From contig ML978143.1 in NCBI GenBank assembly GCA_010015805.1, positions 62,001-126,000 on the forward strand: a stretch of DNA of 64,000 bases, given 5' to 3'. This stretch comes from Rhizodiscina lignyota (lineage: Eukaryota). Both the position numbers and the translations under genes were made by a program. Each line of letters starts with the position of its first letter. Positions within the stretch are counted from its first letter, which is position 1. The notes below the pieces were generated by a model, which did no database searches, had not been told where the DNA came from, and saw only the letters and a list, made by a program, of their open reading frames with translations. Positions 49,167-63,316 of this stretch are shown here, in pieces.

Positions 49167-50288
49167 TTACCGCCTCTCCTTGGATGAAGTACTTGTCAGT
49201 GTACCATACCCTCCGTTAGACAGGCCCGTATCAGCTTGGCTCTCGTAGATCGTGCCGCTTGTACCAAAAGACTTGGCCGCAGAAACAGCGAATGTATCCA
49301 CTTCGTCACGAGGCGATGCGCCAGCGGAATTCAATACGGCTGTGACTGCATCTGAGGCGCTGTATTTTGCTAAACTCTCCGAACTGCTTTCCCACGGCGA
49401 CGAGAGGACAGTGGAATCACCGACCACGTTGGCAGCTGCGCCATTCAACGCGCCGTCCTTGTTGCTGTCGAGATAGTTGCCTGCTGCATAAACGCTTTGC
49501 TCTGAGTCCATCTGGTAGTATCCGTCACTCGGAGATGTCGTTGACGGACCGGCGATGAAGTAGTTGTTGATGATGTCGTGCGAGAAATTGCCACCAGTAT
49601 TGCCGGATGTGTACCCTGCTTGGTAGTTGTACACGACATTGTTCACATATTGAGTGTCATCCTTCGACAATGGCTGCCGATTGTGTGCTGACACCCATAG
49701 ATTCCCATAGAACGTTGAGGGGCCTGTTTCGACATGTGCTCCGAATTGCTGCCCGATCGGGAAGGCGATTATCGAGTTCGATACAGTGATGTTGATGGCT
49801 CCAACGGCATCGACACTGTCCCATTGGCCGTATGCTACCGAGCAGTGGTCGAGGATCACAGTCGAAGCAGAACCCATGTTGAATGCGCTCTTACCTGTGT
49901 CAGAATCGAGTGTACCCTGGCGCATGCGCAGATTGCGGATGATAATGTTGGACTGGCCGCTGGCTGAGACTTCGCCGCCCATGATGCCGATGCCATCGCC
50001 TGGTGCCGTTTGGCCGTTGATAGTGATGTCGCTGGACAGAGACACAGCAGACTTCAACAAAATGTATCCACCAACATCGAACACAATGTTGCGGTTGGAT
50101 TCGCTGACTGCATCACGAAATGATCCAGGGCCGCCGTCGTCGAGGTTGGTCACCATGTACGTCGTGCCACCATTTCCTCCTGTCGCAATGGCACCGAACC
50201 CTACAGCTCCTGGAAAGGCATTTTGAGCAATAATTGGTTGACAAGATAGCAGGACATAGGCTGCTAGAGACCAAACGAATTGAAACAT
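49167..50288 (-). CDS. Secreted pectate lyase, PL1 (PlyC-like)
   Basis: Signal peptide; AFPGAVGFGA, VTNLDDGGPGSFRDAV, GQTAPG, IIIRNLRMR, ILDHCS, HNRQP and VNNVVYN motifs. Confidence 0.92.
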   Translation of the reverse strand: MFQFVWSLAAYVLLSCQPIIAQNAFPGAVGFGAIATGGNGGTTYMVTNLDDGGPGSFRDAVSESNRNIVFDVGGYILLKSAVSLSSDITINGQTAPGDGIGIMGGEVSASGQSNIIIRNLRMRQGTLDSDTGKSAFNMGSASTVILDHCSVAYGQWDSVDAVGAINITVSNSIIAFPIGQQFGAHVETGPSTFYGNLWVSAHNRQPLSKDDTQYVNNVVYNYQAGYTSGNTGGNFSHDIINNYFIAGPSTTSPSDGYYQMDSEQSVYAAGNYLDSNKDGALNGAAANVVGDSTVLSSPWESSSESLAKYSASDAVTAVLNSAGASPRDEVDTFAVSAAKSFGTSGTIYESQADTGLSNGGYGTLTSTSSKERR

Positions 50289-51247
50289 GTCAACAAGCTC
50301 TCTGATTTAACGCGAAATCAAAAGAGGAGACGAGGAATCTTCAGTTTGGACATTCTGAAGTCTTGCAGGCTTTTGCAGTGAGTATAAGGAGCAATACCAA
50401 CCGCGAGATCATTACACCGTCGATAGGCTCTCAAGGTTGTTTGTGCAGATGGGAGATTATTAGGTTGCGTAAAACAATTCCCTCCAATCACCCGCCACGG
50501 AGATTTCACCCATGCAAAATAGGGAAAGTGAGGCTGGAATTAACCCGAAACAACGATCGCTTTTGCAATTTGATGCCCAAACGCGTATTAACATTTGAGC
50601 GAGGGGACGGAGAAAAGAAGATGGGAACAAGATTGACAGAGTCGTGGGAATCCGAACGTTGACAGTTATGAAGGCGCCCACTTTTAAACCCTTCATACGT
50701 ATGAGCTTGCCCAGGGCCCTCGCGAAGGAGTTACTGTCACGAAAATTCCATGTAGCTCTCTCGAACGGATCTCCTATACTTGATAAATTAGTATGAGCCG
50801 AAGATCCTGAAGCGTGCCCGCGGGGGCTGGTAGGACCTATGCCTGGGTCCGGATTCCCACATCATCTTCAAGCTAGACGCACAAAGAGGCATCCCTGAGC
50901 TCCTCAGTTTAAAGTAAATGAGGTGCTTCGGGTCCAGTATTGAGCAAGAACGTGGTCGTTGTGCGATGGACTGTCCGCAACTCCCAGATCAGAATATACG
51001 AAAGAGATGGAGCTGTGATGGGGGTCTGGGATCTGAAGCACAGTGGATAATGTCTCGAGGTCCGCCAAGCTGCCGACACTTAAGGGCCCCTTGGGTCATC
51101 TAGGCCACCCAGCGTTAGGTGGAGCCCACCCAGAACCTGGTTGGCTCGTTGGTTCATCAGCCGAGGACCCCCTTGCCCCTTGTTAACCCGACCCAAATGC
51201 CTCCCGACCTTGTCATTGATTCAAAATTCACTCATTGAGCCTTAAAT

Positions 51248-51690
51248 ATGGCACCTCTCCCTGAACTTCCAAACGACATTATATTCCTCATCCTTGACAC
51301 ACTGGGCAGCGTCCACTGCGGATGGCCAGCGAAGTCACTTTATCTTCCACGATGCTTCTGGTTCTGGGGCGATTCTCCCCATGACGGTATGCGATGCCTA
51401 CAATCATTTATGAAAGGCTCGCTCTCATTGGCCAAGACGTGCAAGACATTGCACTCTCAAGTCCTGCTACGTCTTTATGAACATTTCGTTATCAACGGTC
51501 TCCGAAACCGAAACGAGGCAGATACGCTACGAAGGTATGCCACAGTACTCAGCGTTCTGAGATGGTCTTGCATAAGCTTAATGATCCGCTCCTGGCCAGC
51601 TCCTATTGTCAACCTCAAACGTCCCTCAAGCTTGAACAGATCCTTGACGTCTTTCACATATAAAGCCCTTTATTTTCGTTCCCAATAATG
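51248..51690 (+). pseudogene. Possible degenerate F-box-like gene
   Basis: N-terminal LPELPNDIIFLILDTL and LAKTCKTLH are F-box-like; the downstream frame closes early. Confidence 0.35.
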
Positions 51691-52094
51691 CCCAAACGCC
51701 TCTGGCATTAACCTGCTACTCGTAAGCCGCGGAAAGGTGGGACGGCCAGCCAATCCCAGCATGGAAGAGCGGCCGAGGTGAGGGGCATTGTGATATCGCG
51801 GGCTGACGCGGGTTCCGATGAAACCATCTTCTTGGACAAGCGGGGATGGAGCAGCAGAATGGGGCCGATACACAAGCTAGAGAGAAATAATGCTGTGAGG
51901 CAAGAAGTTTGTTCAACTACTTCGTGTCACTCTTCCGTTTTCTCGCTTTCTCCCTGTCGTATTCCCAATCCCCCACTTTTCTCACTCGCATATCCATCTC
52001 CGTCAGCGACATCTCGGGCTCTGACTTGCTTCTTGAACTATCATCAACGCTGAATTGAATTGAGAAACTTTGATATTCGTTACACACTAAAAAG

Positions 52095-53213
52095 ATGTCA
52101 ATGGCGTCAAGACCAAGCACAATGCACGCCTGGCAGAAGGTGTTCGGCTCATCCGAACCCGTTCGCAACCAGGTCCCTGTTCCTGCTGCTCCTCCAGACG
52201 GCCTCTTAGTCAAGATACACGCTGCCGGCGTCTGCCATAGCGATGTAGCCCTTCTAAAGCAGGAGAATAGGGCACCGGCCTTCAAAGGCAACGCTTACAC
52301 CCTAGGCCACGAAGGTTGCGGTGAAGTGGTTGAAATCGGCTCTTCCGTCCCTGCTGATGCTTTCAAAGTAGGCGACATGGTAGCCATCTTGTCCGTCGCC
52401 GGCTGCGGAGCATCGTCATGCGGAGAATGCAGCCGCGATCTGGCGCAGATTTGTCGTGCTGGTGAGAAGTATGGTATTACCCACGATGGAGCGTATGCTC
52501 CTTATATCGCAATCAAGACACGTGCTGCAACAAAGTTACCTGATGGTGTGACACCAGAGCAAGGCGCTGTAGCTACGGACGCATGTATGACGGCTTTTCA
52601 TGCTGTTGTGGGCACGGCGCAGGTGAAGCGCGATGAGACGGTTCTGATTGTTGGTATCGGAGGACTAGGATTCAACGCGCTGCAAGTGGCGCAGTGGATA
52701 GGGGCAAAGGTGTTTGTTGCGGACAAACGACAGAAAGTGTTAGAAGAGGCACGCAAATTCGGTGTCCCTGAAGAAGACATTGTGCCAGTTGGAGAAACAG
52801 TGCAGGAATTCGTGAAGCGGAAGGACCTCGTGATCGACACTATCATTGACTTTGTTGGGGTGCAAGAGACATTCACTGCATCTCAAGAAGCCGGTAGGTT
52901 CAAGATTTTCCTACTTTTGAGGCATTGATGACACTAACAATCGAAAGTCCGATTTGGAGGCAAATTGGTCCAAGTTGGTTTACTGGCACCACATATTACC
53001 GTCAATAATTTCCTCTCAGTCCGGAAACACCTCTCAATTCTTTGCAGTTACGGCGGAACCATGGAAGATTTGAAGCAATGTCTTGAACTTATATCAAAGG
53101 CTAAGTTACGCCCACAAGTGGTAAATGGTAGCCTGGACGGCTTTCCGCAGGTACTGGAAGATTTGCATGCTGGCAAAGTCAAGAGCCGGATTGCTCTTGT
53201 CCCTAACGCATAA
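52095..53213 (+). CDS. Zinc-dependent medium-chain alcohol dehydrogenase
   Basis: GVCHSD, GHEG, structural Zn CxxxxCxxCx7C and GIGGLG motifs; intron 52894-52947. Confidence 0.93.
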
Positions 53214-53573
53214 ATTGAAGAGCTCCTCGACAGTGTTGATGTTGGGTTATGAATTACTCGATAGCTTCCCTGTTACGAATTCGATTCTTCCATCAGATCT
53301 ACACTGTAATTAGAGTCTTATGTCAAATACAGACAGTGACTTTTCCGCCAACATGATGCAATAATTCTAGCATCAGGCCAATACAGGACATTCATCCATG
53401 AAGCTAGCACGATATAATTAGCATTGATGTGAATCAAATAGAATGGCTCGTCTAATCCATTGATCTGATGTCTGTAGCGTCGATGTAACCGAGGCGGACT
53501 CTTCATCTGTTCAGGTGGTACAATGCAGTGCTTCTTTTATTTGAACAAGTTCCCAGTGTTTCTGATTACGCTA

Positions 53574-54075
<502 letters not shown>

Positions 54076-54162
54076 CTTGCACTATGATACACATGGAAAT
54101 TGACAATCTGGTGGATGATACTAGATGGAAACCCTTAAATTCAGTGCGAACAAGACATTTTC

Positions 54163-55775
54163 TTATTCACGTTTCCTTACGATTTTGCACATGAGCGGTC
54201 CCTTCTTCTCGCCTATCCCCACAGTCTCCATTTCTAGCTCTTCTTCCGGATCCATGACCTCGAGACTGAAATGTCTTCCAATTATTGTCACACACTTCAG
54301 TATATTGATCATCGCGACATTCCGCCCAATACAGGCCCGATGGCCCATCCCGAACGGCATTAGATAATTTACCTTCTCCTTAGTGTAGCCCTCTGCAAGC
54401 CACCGGTCGGGGTCGAAGGTGTCGTGGTCACCTCCCCAGATGGCAGGATTATGCTGTAGAGCATAATTTGTTATTGCACAGGTCGTCTGAGATAAGTTTA
54501 GTATTAGCTAATGAGGAGATACGACAAGACATACACCTTGAGGAATAATCTGCCCATCAATTTCCAGCCCTTCAGCCTTTGTGACGTTCCGTGTGAGTGG
54601 CATTGTGAAGACAGGTGTTCGACGGAAATTTTCACGGATGCAAGCCATGGTGAAGGGTAATCTATTTTCCAGGCCAGTGTATGGATAGACGCTACCCGCC
54701 TCAAGCACCGGAAGCTCATGGTCAAGCTCCGCTACGAGACGTTTGTATATGTTAGGGTTGTGAAGCAAGTGATAGAAGAGGAGTGTTAGCGTTCCTGAGG
54801 TTGTGTGCGAGCCAGCAACCAAAAATGCAAATGCTTCAGAGCAGATCTCCTCTTCGGTGAGTTTTGCTCCCGTTTCCGGATCCGTAGCAGCGATAAGCTG
54901 TGTAAGAAGGTTCTTGCTCTTGTCAGGACGATTCGTTTGTTCTCTAATCTCTTTCCCAACACATTCTGAAACAGTATTCCGAATCTTCAATCGGCTGCGC
55001 ATAAGGCCTTGGAGCCAAGGAATGGGCAGGTACTGAGACCAGCGCATCGAATAAGGGAGCAGACTCGGCAGCGAGCCATACAAGCTCGCAAGGAAGATGT
55101 GGTCGTTGATCGGAGGCAACAATTCAGGATCATCTTGTACCTGCGAGTTGAACTGTGTGCTGAAAGCTAGCTCTCCGAGTACATCATATGCGTAAAAAGC
55201 GAGAACGGTTTTCAGATCGAATATTTCTCCGGTCTCGGCGTACTTGTCTAGTTTGGTTCGCAAGTTGAGGGCATGACGATCGAATACTGTTTCCATTGCA
55301 GTCATGGACGCGGTAGAAAATCCATGAGCCATCTGTCGTCTACGCAAGGCGTGTAACTAGTAACAAGTTAACTTGGGTGCAGAATCCAGAAACGAAGACA
55401 TACATCTTCATCCTTACTCCCGAACAAGTTCGGCTTGAACGTCGTGAAGCCATCATAAAAGTGGCTCTTCGTCATCACCCTTCCGGACTTGTATATTGGA
55501 GCTACCGCATCGGCGCCATAGAAGCTCAAATCATTGGGCCCGATCCGAACAATTGGTCCATACTTCTCGTGGAGAGCGAAGAGCTGCTTGTCGATCTGAA
55601 GCGACCAGAAGTAAGAAAACTTGGAGAGATCGGTGAGGCTGGCAACCAAAGGGCCTGGAAATCTCGCGAGAGGGTGGAGGAAACGTTGGTAGACAAGATA
55701 GACAATAGCGAGAACGAAACAAAAGTTAAGGAGTAGGAGAATGGGCGAGACGTCTGAAAGGACTGATACAATCAT
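54163..55775 (-). CDS. Cytochrome P450
   Basis: N-terminal TM, FPGP, YGPIVRIGPN, AGSHTT (I-helix), ENFR (ExxR), FDPDRW and PFGMGHRACIG (heme) motifs; two introns. Confidence 0.95.
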
Positions 55776-56657
55776 TTTGTTAGATTTAATTGTCTTCGGA
55801 TACGAAGACCGACTGAGGCTTCGACGACTCGAGAAATGGTGCGCTGGCTGATTGATATTGAGCTGGTATCCCTCCACAGCGGAATTCACGGGACATCGGC
55901 GCAGAGGACGGTGAATACCCCTTCCGGTCATTGCTACGCATGTCCCACATCAACCCCAGAGAAATACGGGGCCCCATGGGCTCTCACCGTATAGTATAAT
56001 ATATTAGAAGCCGGCGTACGGTATCTGACATAAGTGTGCGGAAGTAGGAAATCGGAACACGTTCGGAACGCTCACTCACGCCAGGAACGGGGACGGAACG
56101 TGCCAGAACCGCTCATCTTCACCCCTAATACTTTAAAAGTTTCAAAGGCCTAAGAAAGAATATGATTTTTGAGAAAGCGAGTGCAAATAACACTCAGCTC
56201 TGCGATATATGTATAAACTCCATGTACCCAGCGTGTGACAGCTGTGGCTTCAGAGCCGTCACGCCATTGCAGACTCCATGTCAATGTTGAGCGCGCATTT
56301 GGAGCGCACAAGATGTAAGCACTGGCGTAAACTTGGTTAGTATTTACATGCTTGCAATTGCTCCGATCTTCGACATCGCAGCCGTCTCTGCACTTTTCTA
56401 AGCTATAAACGGCATTGTAAGCATGCAAATACTAACCAAGTTCAGGCGAGTGCTTACATCGTGTGCGCCACCGCAACTCGTAACTAAGTGCTTGTTGAGC
56501 AGATATCTGCGGCACTGCCGAGGACGCTTGTTGAGACTGAAGTCGATTCCGTGCTGATCCGATTTTTGATTTGGACAGCACGTCAGGATCCATTCAAAGT
56601 TTGCTGCAAATTACGCAAAGACTGCGGCACTCGCAAAGTTAGTAGCCCCTGTAGACG

Positions 56658-59041
56658 CTAGACAAAGTTGTCGAAGAGAAAGTTCAATTCGTCTCCAAAA
56701 TCCGCCGGCATTGGATCCGCGAGGAAAGGAGTTGTTAGTGAAATGTCGTTTGAGAACAAATCAACCATTGAAGAAGTTGATTCTGACATTTCCATCATTG
56801 AACCTGCCATAGCCTGAGACTGCATACCGTTTGATGCTGAGAGCCCTGCTAAATTAGTTGGTCCTTCGAGGTCACTAGGTGTTTGAACAGGCGTGTAAGG
56901 AATGGCGATTGCCGGAGAAATCCCGCGCTGATGTTCAGGTTGCCCTTCGTCTCTTCGCAATAGTCCCAGTCTTGTGAGCAAACCTCTTGGTCCCTCAATG
57001 CTACGCAGAAACCGTCTGCAAGATCGAGAAATGGATGAATAGGATTTAATCAAGCCGATAGCTTTAAAGATTGTGTCTCGGACAGCACCGCAGGAATATG
57101 GTCCAGCTTCTTTGTGTTGTCTGTAGGCTGGATTACGTGAGTGATGAGCGACTACCAAGAACAAGGCCGACAGTGCTGAAGCGAGGAAGTGATTATGAAA
57201 TGCCTGTCGTTTGCTGTAGACATCGCTCATTCTGTCAACTTGGACTAGTTTGTCGATTTGGTCCCGCGCGATATTGATCAGAGATTCAATCCGAGGCTGA
57301 TGTGCTGAAGCCGTTTGAATAGAGAACAGTATGGGCCTGTGTACCATTATGCGTATTTGATTTGCCCTTAAGTACAGAAGTATCCGCGTGCTGAAGGTAT
57401 TAATGTCGCTCACAGCCTTGGGCCGGTTTCTTTGCAAGCTTGCTGCTACAAGTTCTGGGCGTAGTTCCTCAGGTAGAGCTTGCTGCCAGCGCTGGATTTG
57501 GAACTCCATAAAGTCAAAGTCGTCGTCCTTGAAAGCAGTCTTGACTTTCCCTCGGCTGTCCAGCACAGACTCCCAGAGCTGGGCACCCACACGAATGTAT
57601 GACGACATGGCTTGCAAGTATGGTCCGCCATCCTAATAATATTGTGAGAGATTGCTAGAGCAAAGGATAATTTCTTGAGAACGTACGAAGCTAGGAAGAT
57701 CTACGTCAGCATCTTTCAAGATGTAAGGAAGGCCAGCAGCAAAACACAGCTGACGATCGAGGACAATAGTCGTATAGAGAGCTACCACAACCTGTTTTCT
57801 TTCGCCGGGGTTGGGAAAGCGCTGCATCAAGATTTGCCTTCTGTGAAGACCAGCCTCCATGATGAGTCTGACAGCGAGGGCAATGATTCGCGAAGCCATC
57901 CGATAGTCCTCGTGGAACAAATGATAAGTGCCCTGATCTGCATAAGCGATACTCTCCTCCGAGGCTCCGGCAGATACAACTTACCACAAGGAGCAGCAGT
58001 ATCTGATCTTTCAGGTGGAATTTGGTACCTAGAAGCTTCTGGATGACAGACGTTTCTATGCTCTCATACAATGATATGGCACTGTCATGATGGCCACCTC
58101 CTTCTGCCAAAAGCGCAATAGCCATGACCATCTTCAAATGATCGATATCATCAACTGAGGGTAAAGAGTTATCAGCCGCATCGCCTCTTTTCAGTCTCTG
58201 CCAGAAGGCCGTTGCCTGCAATTTGAGCTTCTCCACGCAAAGTATGGGATGCAAGACACCGATGACCTGATCATAGACGTCCAGCAAACGAAGGATTTCC
58301 TCGAGTTCCAGCGAGCGAAGAACATCAAGGCCGGAAAGGGACTCCAGAACAATCGAGGTATTGGAAGCCCGATAATCTCCTTCGCTTGCGATCATTGACC
58401 CTGCAAGTTCAGTATCGCCTTTGGTTACAGTCTTTGAGCTGTCGGCTTCCGGTTGAAGCATTATTTGGACCATACCAAATCCATAGTATGCGCTGGTAGG
58501 TCCACAAAAGACGGGAGGAGGAGGGGATGGACGGTGTGCAACATATGTCTCTGTTGGGTCTATATCGATTGCAGGGGAGATGTAATCATTTCTCTCTACA
58601 GAGCGATCTACCTGAAGAGACTTTCCGGCTTCCTTCGTCGCTGGTTCGCCGTCGATTCTAGACAGCCGTTTCTCCAAAGAGCTCATTTGGGTTTGAAGAT
58701 TAGAGATGACAGCGACAAGATTTTCGGAGCCTCTGTGATCCGTTAGTCGACTCGAGGTGCTCAAAATCTTTCTGCGCTCACGCTGATCTATAAGAATGGC
58801 TTGTCGATCTAGCCTCGAGGCTCCGCGCATCGGCAACAGCTGGCATCGAGATTTCGTCCGCATACTGGCAGTCAAACGAATGTCGGGAGCAAAGCTCGCA
58901 AGGCATCTGTCCGTCACATTTTGTCTTCCTTCTCTTACACATTCGGCAAGCCTTCAGAACATACCGGGGTCGCTTGCGCTCTTCCGGCGGTTTGGCTCTA
59001 GACCTTTTGCGAATTGACGTGTTCGAAGGTGTGGCTGACAT
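56658..59041 (-). CDS. Zn(II)2Cys6 transcription factor with a fungal-specific TF domain
   Basis: ACRMCKRRKTKCDGQMPCELCSRHSFDCQY; FCGPTS; GLHR; LDRQLCFAAGLP; multiple introns. Confidence 0.92.
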
Positions 59042-59840
59042 TGCGACTCCGGAGACAAAAGCTAGAAGCTTTTGATCTCAATCTCGTCTTCATCTTTAAA
59101 GCGCAGGGGGAGACGGCCATCCATATTGTCCGGAGCGTGGGCTGCTAATTCCGCGTTTCTCCGGAATTTCTCCGTAGCCGCTTCCGACGGCTCGTCTGAC
59201 GTTTGAGACACGGCAACGACACATGTACAGAATGACGGCATCATCTTGCTCGAACTGCCATTCTTTACTTTTGCTATTGGCACCATCTGCCTTCTGGCAT
59301 CTTGGTCTAGCTTGACCCCTACCGAAAACACGTGTTTTGGTGATTGGACGCGCAAAAAACAAGCTTCTCCACAAAGCTTCTCCAATGAACCAGCCACCCG
59401 AGAAAAAGCAGTGAGATGAACGCGAGATCCCACTCATCCATGCACCGATTCGAGGCCATGCATGGACGCGACGAATCTACGCGACGCCACGATGCTAGAT
59501 GGCTTTGACAATACCACAAACGTGCTCAGTGCCATGCGGGGTCGCGTGTTGAGTAGTAAATCAACGCCGTCCCAGATCACCACGGTTGCGTATTCTCGAC
59601 ATTGATTGATGGCTTGAAGTCCGGAAGAAACATGCTTTTGCGCGAATTGTAGTGCAATGAGTAAGAGTGACGGAAAGGTAACGCAGGAACATCTTCAGAG
59701 ATTTCCAAGATCCCGTCAGGAATGGACACTTGGAGCAGCTTTTATAGCTCGAAAACCCCTCAGATTTACTTCTCGATTCCAATTGTGATAGCACGACTTT
59801 TGAATCACTGAATAGCTAACGAAAATTCCTATCAACAATC

Positions 59841-61124
59841 ATGGCTCTCGCAAAGCATGTGAGTGTCTGGCCCGTTTTGAATGCATTAGAACTAAGGCGT
59901 GGAAGGTCGACCCAGAGGAACTCATGAAAACGCTCCATGGCGCCCCATACAGCCGGCGTGGGAAACATTCTCGCCTTGGGCCGGCGACCTCTCTCACGCC
60001 TTACTCTTCCAGATATGCAATTGCGGCTCCGTCTAAACATATCATTCCCAAGGGTGGTGCTCCATCGGACGCAGTGGCACAGATGATTCGGGACGAGCTT
60101 GATCTGGATGGGCGACCAAATCTTAATCTGGCGTCTTTCGTCGGCACATACATGGATAAAGAGGTCTGCTTTGCTATGAAGCACCCGTTTCAAGTACTAA
60201 CAGCTGGTCAGGCTGAGCGCCTGATGATTGAAAACCTGTCAAAGAACATGAGTGATGCCGATGAATATCCTGGTGCGCCTTTTCCATTTCACACGTACTA
60301 AAGGCGAAGACGATCTTAGCTGATACTTTCAAGCGATGATGGACATCCATTCACGATGTGTTTCAATCATTGCTCATCTTTGGGGTGTGCAGAAGGGCCA
60401 GACAGCTGTTGGAACCGCAACAACGGGTGTAAGTGTAGACCACGAGACGTCTTGTTTTCATCTTGTGTCCAAGTTCCCTAGTATATATTCAATTATACTC
60501 GGGATCCCAGCAAAGATAGCTTACGGACTTGGCGAAACCAAAGGACTCTACCCCGTATGTGTCATGGAACCCCGCTAATTTTGACAGAGCTCTGAAGCAA
60601 TCCAGCTTGGCGGCCTGGCGCTGAAGCAAGCCTGGAAGGAGAGGCGGCAGGCCGCTGGCAAAGATACCTCGAAGCCGAATATCATCATGGGCGCAAATGC
60701 GCAAGTCGCTTTGGAGAAGTTTGCGCGCTATTTTGATGTGGAAGACCGAATTCTTCCGGTTACCGAAAGGAGTCTCTATGTTCTAGACCCAGAGGCAGTT
60801 CTCGAGAACCTTGATGAGAACACTATCGGCGTTTTCGTCATTCTCGGTTCGACCTACACGGGAACATACGAGAATGTGGAAGCTATTTCGAAGGTTCTCG
60901 ATGAATACGAAGCCGAGACTGGAACCTGGATCCCCATTCATGTGGATGCTGCTGCAGCCACTGAATATCTCTTGACCACGGAGAACGAAGTTGATCTTTC
61001 AACTTGGCAACCGTTTGTGGGAAAGAGCTTGGAGAAGCAGCACGCCAGTCTTGGTGTGCACATTCTTGATGGAGAAAAGCCGGAGCGCCCCATGGAAAAT
61101 GGCGTGCACCGTGCTGTGTGCTAA
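59841..61124 (+). pseudogene. GAD1: Glutamate decarboxylase with an internal in-frame deletion
   Basis: DELDLDGRPNLNLASFV, DEYP, EKFARYF, ILGSTYTG and PIHVDAA are present, then the sequence jumps straight to the C-terminal ...VHRAVC*. The SGHK PLP-lysine motif is absent. Confidence 0.85.
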
Positions 61125-61209
61125 GTTTGATGGCTTCGTTTGTCACGAGCAGCAGCTATGGCTCGAATGCGAGACAGATGCTCTCCGGCATTTGGCCTGC
61201 GTTTAGCTT

Positions 61210-61663
61210 GATTGAGACGCAGGAGAGACAAACCGGACATCTTGTTGGGTCAATTAACGAGTAAATTGGCCTTGGGACAGGCCCCGACAGGGTACCACAG
61301 GAATGGCTTGCATATTGCCCGTAGGTGCAGAAAATAAATACGAGTTACCATCTTGTACGGTTGTTCTCGCAGAACCTCTTTACGTGCACGTAGCCAGTCA
61401 GGGCTGATGTGCAGTTCGGCCCAGTGTATTGGGTGGTTGGCGTAGATGAGAAGAGTTACTCTTATGTGTTGAAGGGAGCTGTTTATAACCCCACAACTCA
61501 AGTATCGATATCTGTGTTTTTCAAGTCACTCCTCGCTGGCGCAAAAGCAGAGCTGATGGTACTCATGGCCGACGACCCTTTGGCGCAGAATATGTTGAAT
61601 GGGCCGGAGGTGGTTCGGACGAAGACAACGATATGTGGCTTTACTGAGGGCTTTGTAGAATAA
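61210..61663 (+). pseudogene. GH51 alpha-L-arabinofuranosidase C-terminal remnant
   Basis: TSYHLVRLFS and FGPVYWVVG...YVLKGAVYN...AELMVL.ADDP.A.N resemble the fungal GH51 C-terminal domain; no catalytic domain. Confidence 0.55.
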
Positions 61664-61819
61664 AGCGCTCATAACAAACGTCTGGGCTGCAGAGATACAT
61701 TCCATGAGAGTCAAAATGAGTAGATAATTTATTGTATACTTCTGATATTATCGTAATCATCAACATTCGTGTCCGTAGTCATGGATATCGTGTGTCAGCA
61801 GCCAGTTAATCCATGCTTA

Positions 61820-62739
61820 TCAACGCAGATCAAGGCGATCCGGGAGGTCATACTGGATGCCGCCACGGTTCAGTTGGAGTGCTTCAGGAGCCGCCGTTGC
61901 CACGTTCGCAGTCCCATCATATTCAGCCACTGGACCGCTGCTCCGTCGACGTAAAAAGAGGTACGCGAGTGCTGCATTTAGCGCAATGAGAACGACACCC
62001 AGAGCTACGCCGATACCGATGCCTGCCTTTGCGCCGGTTGATAGCCCACTGCTCGAATTCGGAGTTGGAGTATCAGAAGAAGTCGCGGAAGTAGGATTCG
62101 AGGTCGACTCAGTATTGATTACAGTGGTAGTCCGTAAGACCCCTTGTGTCTTTGTGAGCTTTGAAGCGGATATCTTCGTTACAGTGATTGCGTCTGGAGC
62201 ACCCTGAGCAGTAGAGGTCTGCTTTTCAAGCGTGATTACTGTTGGAACGCCGGCAAGGGTTAATGCTGCAGTTGCAGCTGGTATGTCCAAAATGTTGGCT
62301 TTATCCGAACAGCAGGCATAGTATCCACGGCCGTTGTCGCAGCAAAAGTCGGACGCCGCTGAAGCATCACAAGCATACATCAATGCTCCTCCAGAGGCAT
62401 GATCTGCAGATCTATCAGCATCTGATTTGAAGGCTATCTCCATACTCACGCACTGCTGGTGCAGAAATTCGGACAGCTAGAAGACTTCCAGCTCTTATCG
62501 GTACAGCTACTTCTAATATAACTGATGTTTAGGGCGGGATTCGGATCTGGTGCGACACAGAGGCCATTATCGAGGCAGGCGTAACCTCTGCTGCAGCATT
62601 CAACCCCACCTCCAGAATCTTTGCATGGCCAGTCATTAGCGGCCACAGTCCCATCAGGATAGTAGCACGTTGCCCGGCCTTGTACGGCCGCCAGGAACGT
62701 TGGTAGTATGCATATGTGAATGAGACACCGGAGATACAT
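61820..62739 (-). CDS. Signal peptide, Cys-rich ectodomain, S/T stalk and single TM protein
   Basis: CYYPDG...C...CC...CLDNGLC...RSSCTDKSWKSSSCPNFC; intron about 62404-62453; GLSTGAKAGIGIGVALG TM followed by RRR. Confidence 0.82.
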
Positions 62740-63316
62740 TTTATGATATCAGGATGATGAGAATTACGTGGAAGTGATAAGAAATTGAAGGAGCGGTAGG
62801 CAGCTATTATTTTGAAGACGACATGAAATCGTCCACGAGGCTGAGGATGCGATATCCTGCTCCGCCAAGGCAAGGCTGTAGCCACAACACATTGTCACAG
62901 CCCAAAGCAGTTAAGGTAGGCAAACGGAAGCCGGACTGAGGAGTCTGAAAGGAACAGTATCAGTCAGTGGTCGGGCAGCCGTGCTTCTGTCTGAAGCTGA
63001 TGCTCTCATGATGCGGTCCGTCGATTCGAAAGTTAAACCATACAATATTTCATGGAGTCCAGAAAATGCAAGCACAGGGTTGGACTTTCGATTGTTATGC
63101 TTCTGTGTTTAGAATGGGGGATGTGCTGGTCGTGGGTAGGATAAGCTACGCGTGGGTTGGAAATGAAGTTCTACGATATGTATCTCTACCCACGTCCACG
63201 CCGAGCTAGGTAGAGCTCCTCAATATGACGATGACTCAGCCATTAGTCATACAGATATTCTTTCTGCATCCTTCTGCACCAGACCAGCAACCATTTCGCC
63301 TCCACTGCTCTAAAAC

